47,488 nucleotides of DNA from an uncultured Geobacteraceae bacterium (GTDB lineage Bacteria > Desulfobacterota > Desulfuromonadia > Desulfuromonadales > Geopsychrobacteraceae). The notes beneath the pieces were generated by a model. It saw nothing but the letters and a program-made list of their open reading frames with translations, was not told where the DNA came from and made no database searches. The DNA lies in contig CAZGKZ010000001.1 in the NCBI GenBank assembly GCA_964526315.1, forward strand, positions 1 to 47,488. The letters are read 5' to 3'. The translations under genes and the position numbers were made by a program. This document shows positions 1 to 10,226 of this stretch, piece by piece. The first letter of the stretch is position 1; every line of letters starts with the position of its first letter.

Positions 1-107
1 AGCGATTGCTCGGCACGCGGGTTTTTTTGGAGCTGTTTGTGCGGGTTGATAAGGATTGGACCCAGAGTGAGCGGATGTTGAAGGAACTGGGTTATTCCAA
101 AAAATAA
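1..107 (+). CDS. era: GTPase Era, C-terminal fragment (runs off the window start)
   Basis: The frame from base 3 reads RLLGTRVFLELFVRVDKDWTQSERMLKELGYSKK*, the typical Era KH-domain tail. It lies directly upstream of der. Confidence 0.85.
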   Translation, partial: RLLGTRVFLELFVRVDKDWTQSERMLKELGYSKK

Positions 108-128
108 TATTTCCGGCTTAAGTGGGAC

Positions 129-229
129 GGGCTTTTGCTGCCTGTTCCAAGGGACGCATTAACCCATCCATGGGGCTTGACTGTTGCCATCCGGGCAACA
201 GACACCCTTTCCGCAGGGATCAAAAGCCC
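129..229. repeat. Palindromic REP/MITE-like intergenic element
   Basis: 25-bp imperfect inverted arms at 129-153 and 205-229 (19/25 match). Inner perfect 8-bp hairpin CTGTTGCC-atccg-GGCAACAG at 181-201. Confidence 0.6.
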
Positions 230-272
230 TGCATGGTTTTGCTACAAAGTAATCAAGAAAGTTTTTTATTAT

Positions 273-1595
273 ATGATAAAAACTGTTGCCATAGTTGGCC
301 GACCTAATGTTGGAAAATCGACATTATTCAATAGGTTATTAAGAAAACGTAAAGCGATTGTTGAAGATTTTCCCGGGGTGACCAGGGATCGTCATTATGC
401 TGAAGTTAAACGTTTTTTACGCCCCTTTTTGTTGATTGATACCGGTGGTTTTGAACCGGTCAGTGATGATCGCTTGCTGATTCAGATGCGTGAGCAATCA
501 CAGTTGGCGATTGAAGAGGCAGATATTATTTTTTATCTGATGGATGTCAAAGATGGGTTGACTCCGGCAGATATTGAAATCTCCAAGATGTTGCGACAGG
601 TTGATAAACCGATTTTTTACTTAGTCAACAAAGTTGACGGTGAAAAACAGGAGACAGAAACCGCTGATTTTTATGCGCTGGGGATTGATAAATTCTACCC
701 CGTCTCTGCTGAGCATGGGCGGGGAATTAATGACCTTATTGATGATTTAGAAAAATTATTGCCTCCCGCTGTTGAAGACGAAGAGGAAGAAAGAGAAGTC
801 CGGATGGCGATTGTCGGACGTCCTAATGTCGGAAAATCGTCACTGGTTAATCGTCTGCTCGGCTATGAACGGGTGGTTGCCAATCCGGTTTCCGGAACAA
901 CTCGCGACAGCATTGATACCCCTTTTGTCTATAACCAGCAGCGTTACGTCTTGATCGATACCGCCGGGATTCGGCGTAAAGGGAAAATCAGTCAATTAGT
1001 GGAAAAATATAGTGCCGTCACGGCACTCAAGGCGATGGATCGAGCCCATGTTGTTCTGATGGTTATTGATGCTGAAGATGGCGTCACCGATCAAGACCTG
1101 GCGGTTGCCGGTTATGCCTATGAAAAAGGGCGCGCCTTGATTCTCGTGGTCAATAAATGGGATTTACCCGAAAAAGATGATCAAACCATGGGGAAATTTA
1201 TCGCCGAGGTGCAGCGTCGTTTCAAATATCTCCCTTTTGCTCCGCTCCTGTTTGTCTCTGCATTGACCGGGCAACGGGTCAGCAAGATTATGTCCAAGGT
1301 GGAGGAGGTCGCTGCCGAGTTTAATCAGCGAATTCCAACCGGAAAATTAAATCAAGGGCTGGAAGAATTTGTCAGTAAGCATCCTCCTGCAATGACTGGT
1401 CTTCAGCGGATTAAGTTTTATTATGCCGCTCAGGCAGCAGTGAGACCGCCGACCTTTGTTCTTTTTACCAATCGACCGGATAAAGTTCATTTTTCCTATC
1501 AACGCTATTTGGTCAATTGTTTCAGGGAAAAATTTAATTTCGGTCAGGTTCCGATCCGCCTCGAGTTTAAGGGGCGAGGCAAGAAAAATAATTAA
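273..1595 (+). CDS. der: Ribosome biogenesis GTPase Der (EngA)
   Basis: Two tandem G domains (GRPNVGKS twice, DTGG/DTAG, NKVD/NKWD) and a KH-like tail. Start reassigned to ATG 273 (MIKTVAIVG). Confidence 0.97.
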   Translation: MIKTVAIVGRPNVGKSTLFNRLLRKRKAIVEDFPGVTRDRHYAEVKRFLRPFLLIDTGGFEPVSDDRLLIQMREQSQLAIEEADIIFYLMDVKDGLTPADIEISKMLRQVDKPIFYLVNKVDGEKQETETADFYALGIDKFYPVSAEHGRGINDLIDDLEKLLPPAVEDEEEEREVRMAIVGRPNVGKSSLVNRLLGYERVVANPVSGTTRDSIDTPFVYNQQRYVLIDTAGIRRKGKISQLVEKYSAVTALKAMDRAHVVLMVIDAEDGVTDQDLAVAGYAYEKGRALILVVNKWDLPEKDDQTMGKFIAEVQRRFKYLPFAPLLFVSALTGQRVSKIMSKVEEVAAEFNQRIPTGKLNQGLEEFVSKHPPAMTGLQRIKFYYAAQAAVRPPTFVLFTNRPDKVHFSYQRYLVNCFREKFNFGQVPIRLEFKGRGKKNN

Positions 1596-1652
1596 AGAAA
1601 ATTTGTAAATTAGTTCTGAGAGCGTTTTGTCAGGAATAGGGATTTTTCAGTT

Positions 1653-2723
1653 ATGGCACTTGAAGGTAGTTTAGATGATTTAGGGATACGCGACATCCTC
1701 CAAATTCTTAGCCTCAGCAAGAAGTCGGGGACATTAACCCTGAAAAGTGCCGAAGGGGAGGGAGTGGTATCATTTTTAGATGGTCAAGTTATCCGTGCAT
1801 CATCCTCTCTTTTTCCTGAAACTCTCGGACAACTTCTGCGTAAGAACAATATGGTTACCGAAGGACAGGTTGACGAAGCTTTAGACTGGCAGAAACGTCT
1901 TGATTTACATCAACCGCTTGGGCAGATTTTGATTGATAAGTTTCAAATTGCATCTGTCGAAATTGAAAAAATTGTTGCCGGCCAGATTGAAAAGATCATT
2001 TTTAGTTTTTTCTCTTGGGATGAAGGTCATTTTTCTTTTCAACTGGAAGAGATAAAAACCTTTGGTAGTGCTCTTCTAAATCCGCTCGATTTCATGCTTG
2101 AGAAGGGACTCAGTTCGCAGCGTCTTATTGTTAAGGGTCTGAAGGTTGCTGAGTTGGGTGGTGAGGATAAACTGGACGATGAGCTGATTGAGCATGAACT
2201 GAAGGAGCTGAAAGAACAACAGAGCCATTTCGGGTTAGATCTCCTGCGGGGGATGTTGGCAGAGCTGGAACATCCTGAACTTGGTGGTGGAATAATCCTT
2301 TTAATTCTTCGCTATGCCAGTGAAATCATGGATCGAGCAATTGTTTTTGATGTCAGGGGGAACCATCTGGTTGGGGTAGGTCAGTTTGGACTGTATGATC
2401 TCAATGCCTCTGCTGATGAGATTATCCGGAAGATGCGTTTACAGGTTGATGCCGGTTCTTTATTTTCTCAAGTTCTAAAAGATAAAGTTGCTGTTCGTGC
2501 TGCGCTGGGAAATTCGGCTGCAGAAGAACAATTGACGAATTTTTTAAATGGGGTTCCCGAAAAGGTTTTCCTCGGTCCATTGGTGAGCGACGGAAAGGTT
2601 ATAGCCCTCTTGTACGGGGATAATTTTACCTCCAACCGGCCGATTCCTGCGGCAAATGCTTTTGAAGTATTTCTTGCTCAAGCCGGGGTGGCTATGGAAC
2701 GGGCACTACAGGAAGCGGGTTAA
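1653..2723 (+). CDS. DUF4388/PatA-N-like domain protein with GAF-like C-terminus
   Basis: N-terminal MALEGSLDDLGIRDILQILSLSKKSGTL pattern, LGQLL/LGQIL repeats and WDEGHFSF. C-terminal PLVSDGKVIALLYGD is GAF-like. Confidence 0.7.
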   Translation: MALEGSLDDLGIRDILQILSLSKKSGTLTLKSAEGEGVVSFLDGQVIRASSSLFPETLGQLLRKNNMVTEGQVDEALDWQKRLDLHQPLGQILIDKFQIASVEIEKIVAGQIEKIIFSFFSWDEGHFSFQLEEIKTFGSALLNPLDFMLEKGLSSQRLIVKGLKVAELGGEDKLDDELIEHELKELKEQQSHFGLDLLRGMLAELEHPELGGGIILLILRYASEIMDRAIVFDVRGNHLVGVGQFGLYDLNASADEIIRKMRLQVDAGSLFSQVLKDKVAVRAALGNSAAEEQLTNFLNGVPEKVFLGPLVSDGKVIALLYGDNFTSNRPIPAANAFEVFLAQAGVAMERALQEAG

Positions 2724-2792
2724 AATAAAAAGCCATTATTGGCTCTATTTTGTTATAATGATCTTAAGTTTTGTTAGCAGGAGGTGAGACTC

Positions 2793-3164
2793 ATGCAGAA
2801 AAAAATTCTTATAGTTGAAGATGAAGAGAGCTTACTGAAATTAGAAAGCATTCTTCTGACCACGAAAGGCTATCTGGTGCAGGGTGCTGCAACTGGGTTG
2901 GCAGCTCTTGAGGCTGTCGCTGTAGAACCACCAGACTTGATATTGTTGGATATCATGCTTCCGGAGTTGGATGGTTTTGAGGTTTGTAGTCAGCTCAAAA
3001 AGGATCCAAAGACCCGCCATATTCCGATTATATTTTTAACCGCCAAAAAAAGTCCTGAAGATTTAGCTCGTAGTGAAGAGGTTGGTGCTGATCAGTATAT
3101 AACAAAACCCTTTAAGTCAGCGATGGTGATGGAAGCTATTGAGCGGTTGTTGAGCCGAAATTAA
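2793..3164 (+). CDS. Single-domain response regulator (receiver)
   Basis: ILIVEDE, LLDIMLPELDG (phospho-Asp), FLTA and TKPF motifs. GGAGG precedes ATG 2793. Confidence 0.9.
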   Translation: MQKKILIVEDEESLLKLESILLTTKGYLVQGAATGLAALEAVAVEPPDLILLDIMLPELDGFEVCSQLKKDPKTRHIPIIFLTAKKSPEDLARSEEVGADQYITKPFKSAMVMEAIERLLSRN

Positions 3165-3224
3165 AATATGGCTTTTAAACTCCGCTTGGAATTTACTTGG
3201 ACTTGTTGATGGAGTTTGTGAAGA

Positions 3225-3614
3225 ATGTATGCAGCTAAGGTTCTGATCGTTGATGACTCACCAACAATGAGGCAGCTGATTATTTTCGCTCTGCAACGTC
3301 TTCCCGGTTTACAAATTACCGAGGCAGGTGACGGTGTTGAGGCGCTGAAACAGTTATCAGGTGAGAAGTATGACCTCCTCTTGACTGACATTAATATGCC
3401 GATGATGGATGGTTTGAAGCTGGTCAGCCTGATTCGTAATGATACTCTCTATAGGAAACTTCCCATTGTTGTTATCACGACTGAAGGTTCAGATATGACT
3501 CGGGAGCGGGCTATTGCAACCGGAGCTGATGAATATATTACCAAACCGCTGCAGACGACTCGCCTCATAGAAGTTGTGCGCAGACTACTTGATCCCGAAT
3601 ATCAGTCAGGCTAA
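3225..3614 (+). CDS. CheY-like single-domain response regulator
   Basis: VLIVDDS, LTDINMPMMDG, VITTE and YITKP motifs. Confidence 0.9.
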   Translation: MYAAKVLIVDDSPTMRQLIIFALQRLPGLQITEAGDGVEALKQLSGEKYDLLLTDINMPMMDGLKLVSLIRNDTLYRKLPIVVITTEGSDMTRERAIATGADEYITKPLQTTRLIEVVRRLLDPEYQSG

Positions 3615-3702
3615 AGCCTTGTTCTTAGGCTTGACAGCTCTGGTTGAACATGTAATATAACCCCATTATTTTTAGTTTGTTTTTTATAATCAGGAGGCAA
3701 CG

Positions 3703-3921
3703 TTGGCAAAAGAAGAAGCAATTGAAGTTGAAGGGATCGTCGTCGAGCCATTACCTAATGCGATGTTTCGAGTGAAGCTTGATAATGACCATGTGGTTTT
3801 AGCCCATATTTCCGGGAAAATGCGCAAATATTATATTCGTATTCTTCCTGGTGATCGTGTGACAGTTGAATTATCCCCTTATGATTTAACCCGTGGTCGC
3901 ATCACTTATCGAGCTAAATAG
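3703..3921 (+). CDS. infA: Translation initiation factor IF-1 (TTG start)
   Basis: [11 protein letters not shown]...LPNAMFRV...HISGKMR...[16 protein letters not shown] upstream. Confidence 0.98.
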   Translation: MAKEEAIEVEGIVVEPLPNAMFRVKLDNDHVVLAHISGKMRKYYIRILPGDRVTVELSPYDLTRGRITYRAK

Positions 3922-4092
3922 TCTGCCAGAGACAATACTGTCCTGTCGCAGGACGGTATGATTATAGAGGAATATTTAGCTTTCCTCAATATTACTTGAT
4001 ATTCATTTTGTAACCGAGACCGGCCTTCGCCGGTTTTCGTGTATATACTCAATTTTAGCGAGCGACGTGTTGTTGATCGTCGCGGAGGTCAT

Positions 4093-6648
4093 ATGGATAA
4101 CCTGTACAATCCTACAAATGTTGAAGCAAAGTGGCAACAAATCTGGCTCGAGACACGACCTTTTGCGGCCTCTATGGATTCAGAAAAAGAAAAATATTAT
4201 GTGCTGGAGATGTTTCCATATCCCTCCGGTCGGATCCACATGGGTCATGTGCGAAATTATGCAATCGGGGACGTCGTCGCTCGGTTTAAGCGGATGCAGG
4301 GGTTCAATGTTCTCCATCCAATGGGCTGGGATGCTTTTGGAATGCCGGCTGAGAATGCTGCGATAGAGCACGATACCCACCCGGCTAAGTGGACCCATGA
4401 AAATATTGATAGTATGCGTCAGCAACTGAAGAGGATAGGGCTTTCCTATGACTGGCAACGGGAGCTGGCTACCTGTAATGCCGATTACTATCGCTGGGAA
4501 CAACTGGTTTTTCTGAAAATGTTTGAAAAAGGTCTGGCCTATAAAAAAGGCTCTTCTGTCAACTGGTGTGAAGATTGCCAAACCGTTCTCGCTAATGAGC
4601 AGGTGGAGGATGGTTGCTGTTGGCGCTGCCATAACCTGGTCACTCCGAAACAGCTGGAACAGTGGTTTTTTAAGATTACCGATTATGCCGATGAGCTACT
4701 TGACTGGACCGACAAACTTCCCGGCTGGCCGGAACGGGTTCTGGCAATGCAGCGGAACTGGATCGGCAAAAGTTATGGGTGTGAAATTGATTTTCCCATT
4801 GCCGAACATGACACCAAAATAAAAGTTTTTACCACCCGTCCGGATACCCTGTTCGGGGCAACATTTATGAGCCTGGCCCCTGAGCATCCGTTGGTCAAAG
4901 AGCTGGTGACGGCAGAGCAGGAAGAAAAGGTTAATGCCTTCCTCACGACCGTTGCAGGGCAGGATAATGTTGCCAGAACCAGTGGCGATCTGGAAAAGAT
5001 TGGTATTTTTACCGGTTCCTACTGTATCAACCCCTTGACAGGTGAAAAAATTCCGATCTTTCTCGCCAATTTTGTCTTGATGGGTTACGGCACTGGTGCG
5101 GTGATGGCGGTTCCTGCTCATGATCAACGTGATTATGAATTTGCCAAGAAATACCAGTTGCCAATTAGCGTAGTGATTCAGCCGGAAGGCGAAGAATTGG
5201 TTGGTGATCAGTTGCAAGAGGCTTTTACTGATCCCGGGGTATTGACTCATTCAGGTCAGTTTGATGGAGTTGATAATGAAGCAGCAAAAGAGCAAATAGC
5301 CGCTTACCTTGATGAACGTGGTGAGGGGCGTAAGACGGTCAACTACCGTTTGCGTGATTGGGGGGTCTCAAGGCAACGTTACTGGGGAACGCCAATCCCG
5401 ATTATTTACTGCGACAGCTGTGGTGCAGTTCCGGTTCCTGAAGAGGATTTGCCGGTTACACTGCCGCTTGATGTGAAATTGACCGGGGAGGGTGGTTCTC
5501 CGCTGGCCAGGCATCAGGAGTTTTTACAGGTGAACTGTCCAAAGTGTGGAAAGCCGGCACGGCGGGAAAGTGATACTTTTGATACTTTTGTTGAAAGTTC
5601 CTGGTATTTTGCCCGTTACACCTGTCCCGATTATACCGACGGTCCATTAGATAAAAAAGTTGCTAACTATTGGTTGCCGGTTGATCAGTATATCGGGGGG
5701 ATAGAACATGCAGTGATGCATTTACTTTATGCCCGTTTCTACACAAAGATTTTACGTGATTTAGGCATGCTTGATGTCGATGAGCCCTTTACCAATCTGC
5801 TGACCCAGGGGATGGTTTGTAAAGAGACACAGCGCTGTCCAGAGCATGGATGGTTGTATCCTGAGCAGGTAGTTGATGGCCAATGTACGATTTGTGGCCA
5901 GCCAGTTGAGCTTGGGCGTACTGAAAAGATGAGTAAATCAAAAAAGAATGTTGTCGATCCGAATAAGTTAATTGATCAGTACGGTGCCGATACGGCAAGA
6001 TTATTCTCTCTGTTTGCTGCCCCACCGGAAAAGGATCTGGAATGGAATGAGCAGGGGGTTGAGGGTTGCTACCGTTTTCTCAATCGAGTCTGGCGAGCGG
6101 TCAGTGACAATCTGGAACTGATTAAAGATGCGACGGTTCCTGATGCCATCGAGGGTGATGCTGCAGACTTGCGGCGTAAGACTCATCAGACGATTAAAAA
6201 AGTGAGTGAGGATGTGGATGGTCGTTTCCACTTCAATACTGCGATAGCTGCCATTATGGAACTGGTGAACGCGATCTACGCATTTAAACCACGGCAGGAA
6301 AACCCGGGGGTTTTGCGTGAAGCCCTGGAAACAGTTGTCTCTCTGTTGAATCCCTTTGTCCCCCACATTTGTGAAGAGCTTTGGCTTTCATTAGGTCATC
6401 AGCAGAGTGTCGAGGCTTTTGGCTGGCCAAACTGGGATGAGTCCGCATTGGTGACTGAAGAGATCACTCTGGTTGTTCAGGTGAATGGGAAGGTTCGGGG
6501 TAAAATTACGGTGGCTGTCGATGCAGATTCACAATCTATTGAAACAGAAGCATTATCAGAATCCAATGTCCAACGTTTTATTGCCGGAAAGCAGCTGCGC
6601 AAAGTTATTGTCGTCCCTGGTCGATTGATTAATATTGTGGTGGGCTGA
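4093..6648 (+). CDS. leuS: Leucine--tRNA ligase
   Basis: MFPYPSG-HMGH (HIGH motif), TTRPDT and [15 protein letters not shown] editing domain, KMSKS. GGAGG before ATG 4093. Confidence 0.98.
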   Translation: MDNLYNPTNVEAKWQQIWLETRPFAASMDSEKEKYYVLEMFPYPSGRIHMGHVRNYAIGDVVARFKRMQGFNVLHPMGWDAFGMPAENAAIEHDTHPAKWTHENIDSMRQQLKRIGLSYDWQRELATCNADYYRWEQLVFLKMFEKGLAYKKGSSVNWCEDCQTVLANEQVEDGCCWRCHNLVTPKQLEQWFFKITDYADELLDWTDKLPGWPERVLAMQRNWIGKSYGCEIDFPIAEHDTKIKVFTTRPDTLFGATFMSLAPEHPLVKELVTAEQEEKVNAFLTTVAGQDNVARTSGDLEKIGIFTGSYCINPLTGEKIPIFLANFVLMGYGTGAVMAVPAHDQRDYEFAKKYQLPISVVIQPEGEELVGDQLQEAFTDPGVLTHSGQFDGVDNEAAKEQIAAYLDERGEGRKTVNYRLRDWGVSRQRYWGTPIPIIYCDSCGAVPVPEEDLPVTLPLDVKLTGEGGSPLARHQEFLQVNCPKCGKPARRESDTFDTFVESSWYFARYTCPDYTDGPLDKKVANYWLPVDQYIGGIEHAVMHLLYARFYTKILRDLGMLDVDEPFTNLLTQGMVCKETQRCPEHGWLYPEQVVDGQCTICGQPVELGRTEKMSKSKKNVVDPNKLIDQYGADTARLFSLFAAPPEKDLEWNEQGVEGCYRFLNRVWRAVSDNLELIKDATVPDAIEGDAADLRRKTHQTIKKVSEDVDGRFHFNTAIAAIMELVNAIYAFKPRQENPGVLREALETVVSLLNPFVPHICEELWLSLGHQQSVEAFGWPNWDESALVTEEITLVVQVNGKVRGKITVAVDADSQSIETEALSESNVQRFIAGKQLRKVIVVPGRLINIVVG

Positions 6649-7154
6649 TGAAGTTTTTCAGTTGTCTTGTTTTGTTGTTATGTGTATCCGGGTGTGGTTA
6701 TCACTTCTCTGGCACTACCGGTAATCTTCCCGGAGGGGTTGAAAAGCTCTATATCCCGCTTTTTGTCAACAAGACGACTGAATCACGCCTTGAAACCCGA
6801 TTTGCCAGTCAGGTCAGTGAGGTTTTTTCGCGAAACAAGAAGATTCTTCAGGTTGAAAAGCGGGAGGAGTCGGAGGCTGTCCTGCTGGGGACAGTTCGTA
6901 GCTATAAAAATAAATCACTTTCATATGATCGTCGTGATGATATCGGAACCTATCTCTCGAAAATGATCATCGATGTTGAGCTGCGACAGACTGAAACCAA
7001 TCAGCTGCTTTGGAGTGGCTCTGTTAGCTGGGGAGAAACCTATCGTGCCTCAGATGATAAAAATATTCAGGATCTTGCCCGACAACAAGCATTACAACAG
7101 ATAATTCTCCGCTTGTCTGAAGACCTTTTTTATCGCCTGCTTGATGATTTTTGA
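6648..7154 (+). CDS. lptE: LPS assembly lipoprotein LptE family
   Basis: Lipobox VSGCGYHF. Conserved leuS-lptE-holA order. Confidence 0.85.
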   Translation: MKFFSCLVLLLCVSGCGYHFSGTTGNLPGGVEKLYIPLFVNKTTESRLETRFASQVSEVFSRNKKILQVEKREESEAVLLGTVRSYKNKSLSYDRRDDIGTYLSKMIIDVELRQTETNQLLWSGSVSWGETYRASDDKNIQDLARQQALQQIILRLSEDLFYRLLDDF

Positions 7155-7157
7155 TTG

Positions 7158-8150
7158 ATGAATGCTGATGAGTTATATCGCCGCTTACGGGCGCAGCAGA
7201 TCCCTGAACTTCTTTTTCTCTCTGGTCAGGAAACCTATCTGGTCCAAAGTGCAGCACGTTCTGTCAGAGATGCAGTTCTGCCCGCCAGTAAAGATGATTT
7301 CAACGATAATGTTTTCTATGGAAAACAGGCGACTGCAGAACTGATTCTTGAAGCAGCAATGACTTATCCGGTTTTTGCAGAAAAAAGACTGGTGACGGTT
7401 AAGGATGCACACCAACTACCGGCAGCCGAACTGGAAAAGTTAATCCCCTATCTGCAGAATCCGGTACCGGAAACTTGTCTGTTATTTATTGCCGATAAAA
7501 TTGATAACCGGCGAAAATTCTTTCAACAATTTAAAAAATATGGAACTCTCATCGAGTTTAAACCACTGACTGATAGGGAAATTCCTCGCTATGTCCGTCA
7601 AACTCTCGGAGAGGTGCAGATCAGCAGAGATGGGCTGGATCTTTTCTGCTTGATGGTGGATGGTAATCTCCATGAGATCCATGGAGAACTGGAGAAATTA
7701 TTAACCTATATCGGTGCTGCCAAGCTGATTGAAACCAAAGATGTCGAGGCTGTTGTCTCGCGCGGGCGAGTTGAGAGCGTTTTTGAGCTGGGTAAAGCCG
7801 TGGGCCGCGGTGACGTAGCAAAGTGCTTGTCTCTGCTCAAGCGATTGAACGCTTCTGGTGAAGCTCCACTGAAAATCCTCTCTTTACTGGTCAGACATTT
7901 TCGACAACTCTGGCAGGTACGTGAATTACAAGTTAAAAAACGTCCAGCGCAAGAAATTGCCAAGGTGGCCGGGGTCCCATTCTTTGTCGTTGATGAATTA
8001 ATCAGACAGGGGAAGAAGTTTTCACGAAATGACTTTCAACAGGCCTTTGAGTTGTTTCTTGAGACCGACCTGGCGATGAAATCGAGTGGTGCTAATGCAG
8101 GGGCCCTGCTTGATAACTTAATATTAAGACTGACCCTGAAAAAAGGGTAA
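7158..8150 (+). CDS. holA: DNA polymerase III delta subunit
   Basis: LSGQETYL, TYPVFAEKRLVTVKDA, ELEKLLTY and ETDLAMKSS motifs, plus synteny. Confidence 0.93.
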   Translation: MNADELYRRLRAQQIPELLFLSGQETYLVQSAARSVRDAVLPASKDDFNDNVFYGKQATAELILEAAMTYPVFAEKRLVTVKDAHQLPAAELEKLIPYLQNPVPETCLLFIADKIDNRRKFFQQFKKYGTLIEFKPLTDREIPRYVRQTLGEVQISRDGLDLFCLMVDGNLHEIHGELEKLLTYIGAAKLIETKDVEAVVSRGRVESVFELGKAVGRGDVAKCLSLLKRLNASGEAPLKILSLLVRHFRQLWQVRELQVKKRPAQEIAKVAGVPFFVVDELIRQGKKFSRNDFQQAFELFLETDLAMKSSGANAGALLDNLILRLTLKKG

Positions 8151-8152
8151 AT

Positions 8153-8181
8153 AAAAAAGGGACCACAAAAGTAGTCCCTTT
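8153..8181 (-). terminator. Intrinsic terminator for rpsT (possibly bidirectional with holA)
   Basis: Minus strand reads AAAGGGACTAC-tttt-GTGGTCCCTTTTTT, between convergent genes. Confidence 0.75.
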
Positions 8182-8210
8182 AGATTATTTCAAATTATTG
8201 CGTACTCTCT

Positions 8211-8474
8211 TTATCCGAGAGTATTGACCAGTTTGTTCAGGCGAGAGATCTTACGACTGGCAGTTGCTTTATGGATAACTCCCTTGGTCGCCGTTCTGGC
8301 AATGTAAGGGACTGTTTTTGCCAGAAGTGTCTGGGCTGCTTCTTTGTCGCCAGCGATCACTGCTTCACGGACCTGTTTGACCAGATTACGCATAGTTGAG
8401 CGGATATGAGCGTTACGGGCTTTTTTTATGATATTTTGACGATTACGTTTTGCTGCTGATTTATGGTTTGCCAC
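8211..8474 (-). CDS. rpsT: 30S ribosomal protein S20 (GTG start)
   Basis: MANHKSAAKRNRQ...KGVIHKATASRKISRL. Confidence 0.97.
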   Translation of the reverse strand: MANHKSAAKRNRQNIIKKARNAHIRSTMRNLVKQVREAVIAGDKEAAQTLLAKTVPYIARTATKGVIHKATASRKISRLNKLVNTLG

Positions 8475-8518
8475 GTCTGTTCTCCTTGTATTATGTAATT
8501 TTCTTCAAAAGTTGCGTG

Positions 8519-8547
8519 ATACTAAGGGTCGCTTTGACTTCTGTCAA
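8519..8547 (-). promoter_or_regulatory. Sigma70-type promoter of rpsT
   Basis: Minus strand TTGACA-N17-TAGTAT. Confidence 0.7.
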
Positions 8548-8627
8548 GTTAGAAAATAATAATGTGTAAAGAAAAAATTCGCATCTTCAGGATGTTACCG
8601 TGGTTTAGCTGGGATTAAAATTAATAA

Positions 8628-10196
8628 ATGTCAAAAAGTCGAAAAATAGCGTCAGCAACCATCGTCATGGCTGCGGCGACATCTTTGAGTCGGGTCGCCG
8701 GGTTGGTGCGTGACGTTATTGTCGCCCGTCTGTTTGGGGCGGGGATGATGACCGATGCTTTTTTTATGGCTTTTACAATTCCCAATTTGCTCCGCCGGTT
8801 TTTTGGAGAGGGCTCACTCACTGCAGCATTTGTCCCGATTTTCTCCGAGGTCTTCCATCAACGGGGTGAAAAAGAGGCGGAACAACTTGCAAATAAGTGC
8901 GTGACACTGCTTTTACTTATTATGTTGGTGATTGTTACGCTGGGGGTTGTTTTTTCGCCGTGGATTGTTCAGGGGATCGGTTATGGTTTTGGCCATGTTG
9001 CAGGTAAATTGCAGCTGACAAATCAGTTGAACCGGATCATGTTCCCCTATATCGGTCTGGTTTCGATATTGGCGCTGGTCACCGGGATTCTCAATGTCCG
9101 GGGCCATTTTTTTCTCCCATCACTGTCCCCCCTGTTCCTGAATCTGGCAATGATTATCAGTGCTTTGACGTTGGGGCAACTTTTTGAAAAACCGATATTT
9201 GCTCTGGCAATCGGGGTGCTGTTAGGTGGGATTGTTCAACTGTTAATCCAGGTTCCTGTTCTCTGCCGTTATAAAATCAGATTAAGATTTAATTTTAATT
9301 TTCGGGGTGATCCACATCTCCACAAAATTATGACCCTGATGCTTCCCGGTATCGCTGGCGTTGCGATCTATCAGATCAATATTATTGTCACTCGATTACT
9401 CGCCTCGTTTCTTCCCCAGGGGAGTGTCTCGTACCTCTACTATGGTCAACGACTGTTTGAGTTTCCCCAGGGGATATTCATCGTCTCACTGGCGCAGGCC
9501 GTCTTACCGATGATGAGTCGTCAGGTTGCCGATGATGATCATGAAGGGATGCGGCAATCACTGACCTTTGCCCTGACGTTGATTACCTTGTTTACTCTCC
9601 CTGCCATCGTTGGACTTATTCTTTGTGCTAAACCCATCTATTCCCTGTTTTTCTTCGGTGGTGAGTTTGGTTTGACGGCTCTTGAAAATACCGCTTTAGC
9701 CTTGATCTGTTATGCCCCTGGGTTGATATTTGTCGGCTACAGCCGCATCGCCGCACAAACTTTTTATGCTCTGAAAGATACCAGAACCCCTGTTGTGATC
9801 TCATTCTGGACGTTACTGGTCAATCTAGCCCTTGGTGCGTTGTTGATGCAGTATTATGGATTCGTCGGATTGGCCATCGCACTAACCATTGCCTCAATGT
9901 TTAATGCCCTCATGCTGCTTATCATGTTACAGCGCCGGGTCGGCACTTTCTTCCAGAAGGCCCTCTATAAACCAGTTCTGAAAGTTATACCGGCCTGCCT
10001 GCTGATGGGGGTGGCGGTCTCTTTTCTGCTGAATACTGTGGATTGGCTACAGTCTGGTTTATTGCTGAACAAATCGTTGGCGTTATCTGCTGCTGTTGCT
10101 GTTGGAGCGGTTATTTATCTGGGCTGTTGTTACTTATTTAAAGTGGATGAGATCCAGCAGGGGTGGCAGCTATTGCGAAATAGAGGTCGAGATTGA
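8628..10196 (+). CDS. murJ: Lipid II flippase MurJ (MviN)
   Basis: SRVAGLVRD, DAFFMAFTIPNLLRRFFGEG, RLFEFPQG and ALKDTRTP motifs; many transmembrane segments. Confidence 0.96.
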   Translation: MSKSRKIASATIVMAAATSLSRVAGLVRDVIVARLFGAGMMTDAFFMAFTIPNLLRRFFGEGSLTAAFVPIFSEVFHQRGEKEAEQLANKCVTLLLLIMLVIVTLGVVFSPWIVQGIGYGFGHVAGKLQLTNQLNRIMFPYIGLVSILALVTGILNVRGHFFLPSLSPLFLNLAMIISALTLGQLFEKPIFALAIGVLLGGIVQLLIQVPVLCRYKIRLRFNFNFRGDPHLHKIMTLMLPGIAGVAIYQINIIVTRLLASFLPQGSVSYLYYGQRLFEFPQGIFIVSLAQAVLPMMSRQVADDDHEGMRQSLTFALTLITLFTLPAIVGLILCAKPIYSLFFFGGEFGLTALENTALALICYAPGLIFVGYSRIAAQTFYALKDTRTPVVISFWTLLVNLALGALLMQYYGFVGLAIALTIASMFNALMLLIMLQRRVGTFFQKALYKPVLKVIPACLLMGVAVSFLLNTVDWLQSGLLLNKSLALSAAVAVGAVIYLGCCYLFKVDEIQQGWQLLRNRGRD

Positions 10197-10226
10197 TGAA
10201 GACATGTGGAAATTGAAACAGCAAAA

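Noticed and set aside
122-272. ORF 122..307 and the 46-aa N-terminal extension of der from TTG 135
   Set aside because: Both run through the palindromic element. Der homology begins at ATG 273.
4039-4092. GTG-started extension of leuS; similar extensions for the dCMP deaminase (19615), ribD (20696), HDOD (40508) and tlyA (41473)
   Set aside because: Downstream ATGs match the family N-terminus or have a better RBS. Several extensions overlap terminators or the upstream gene.
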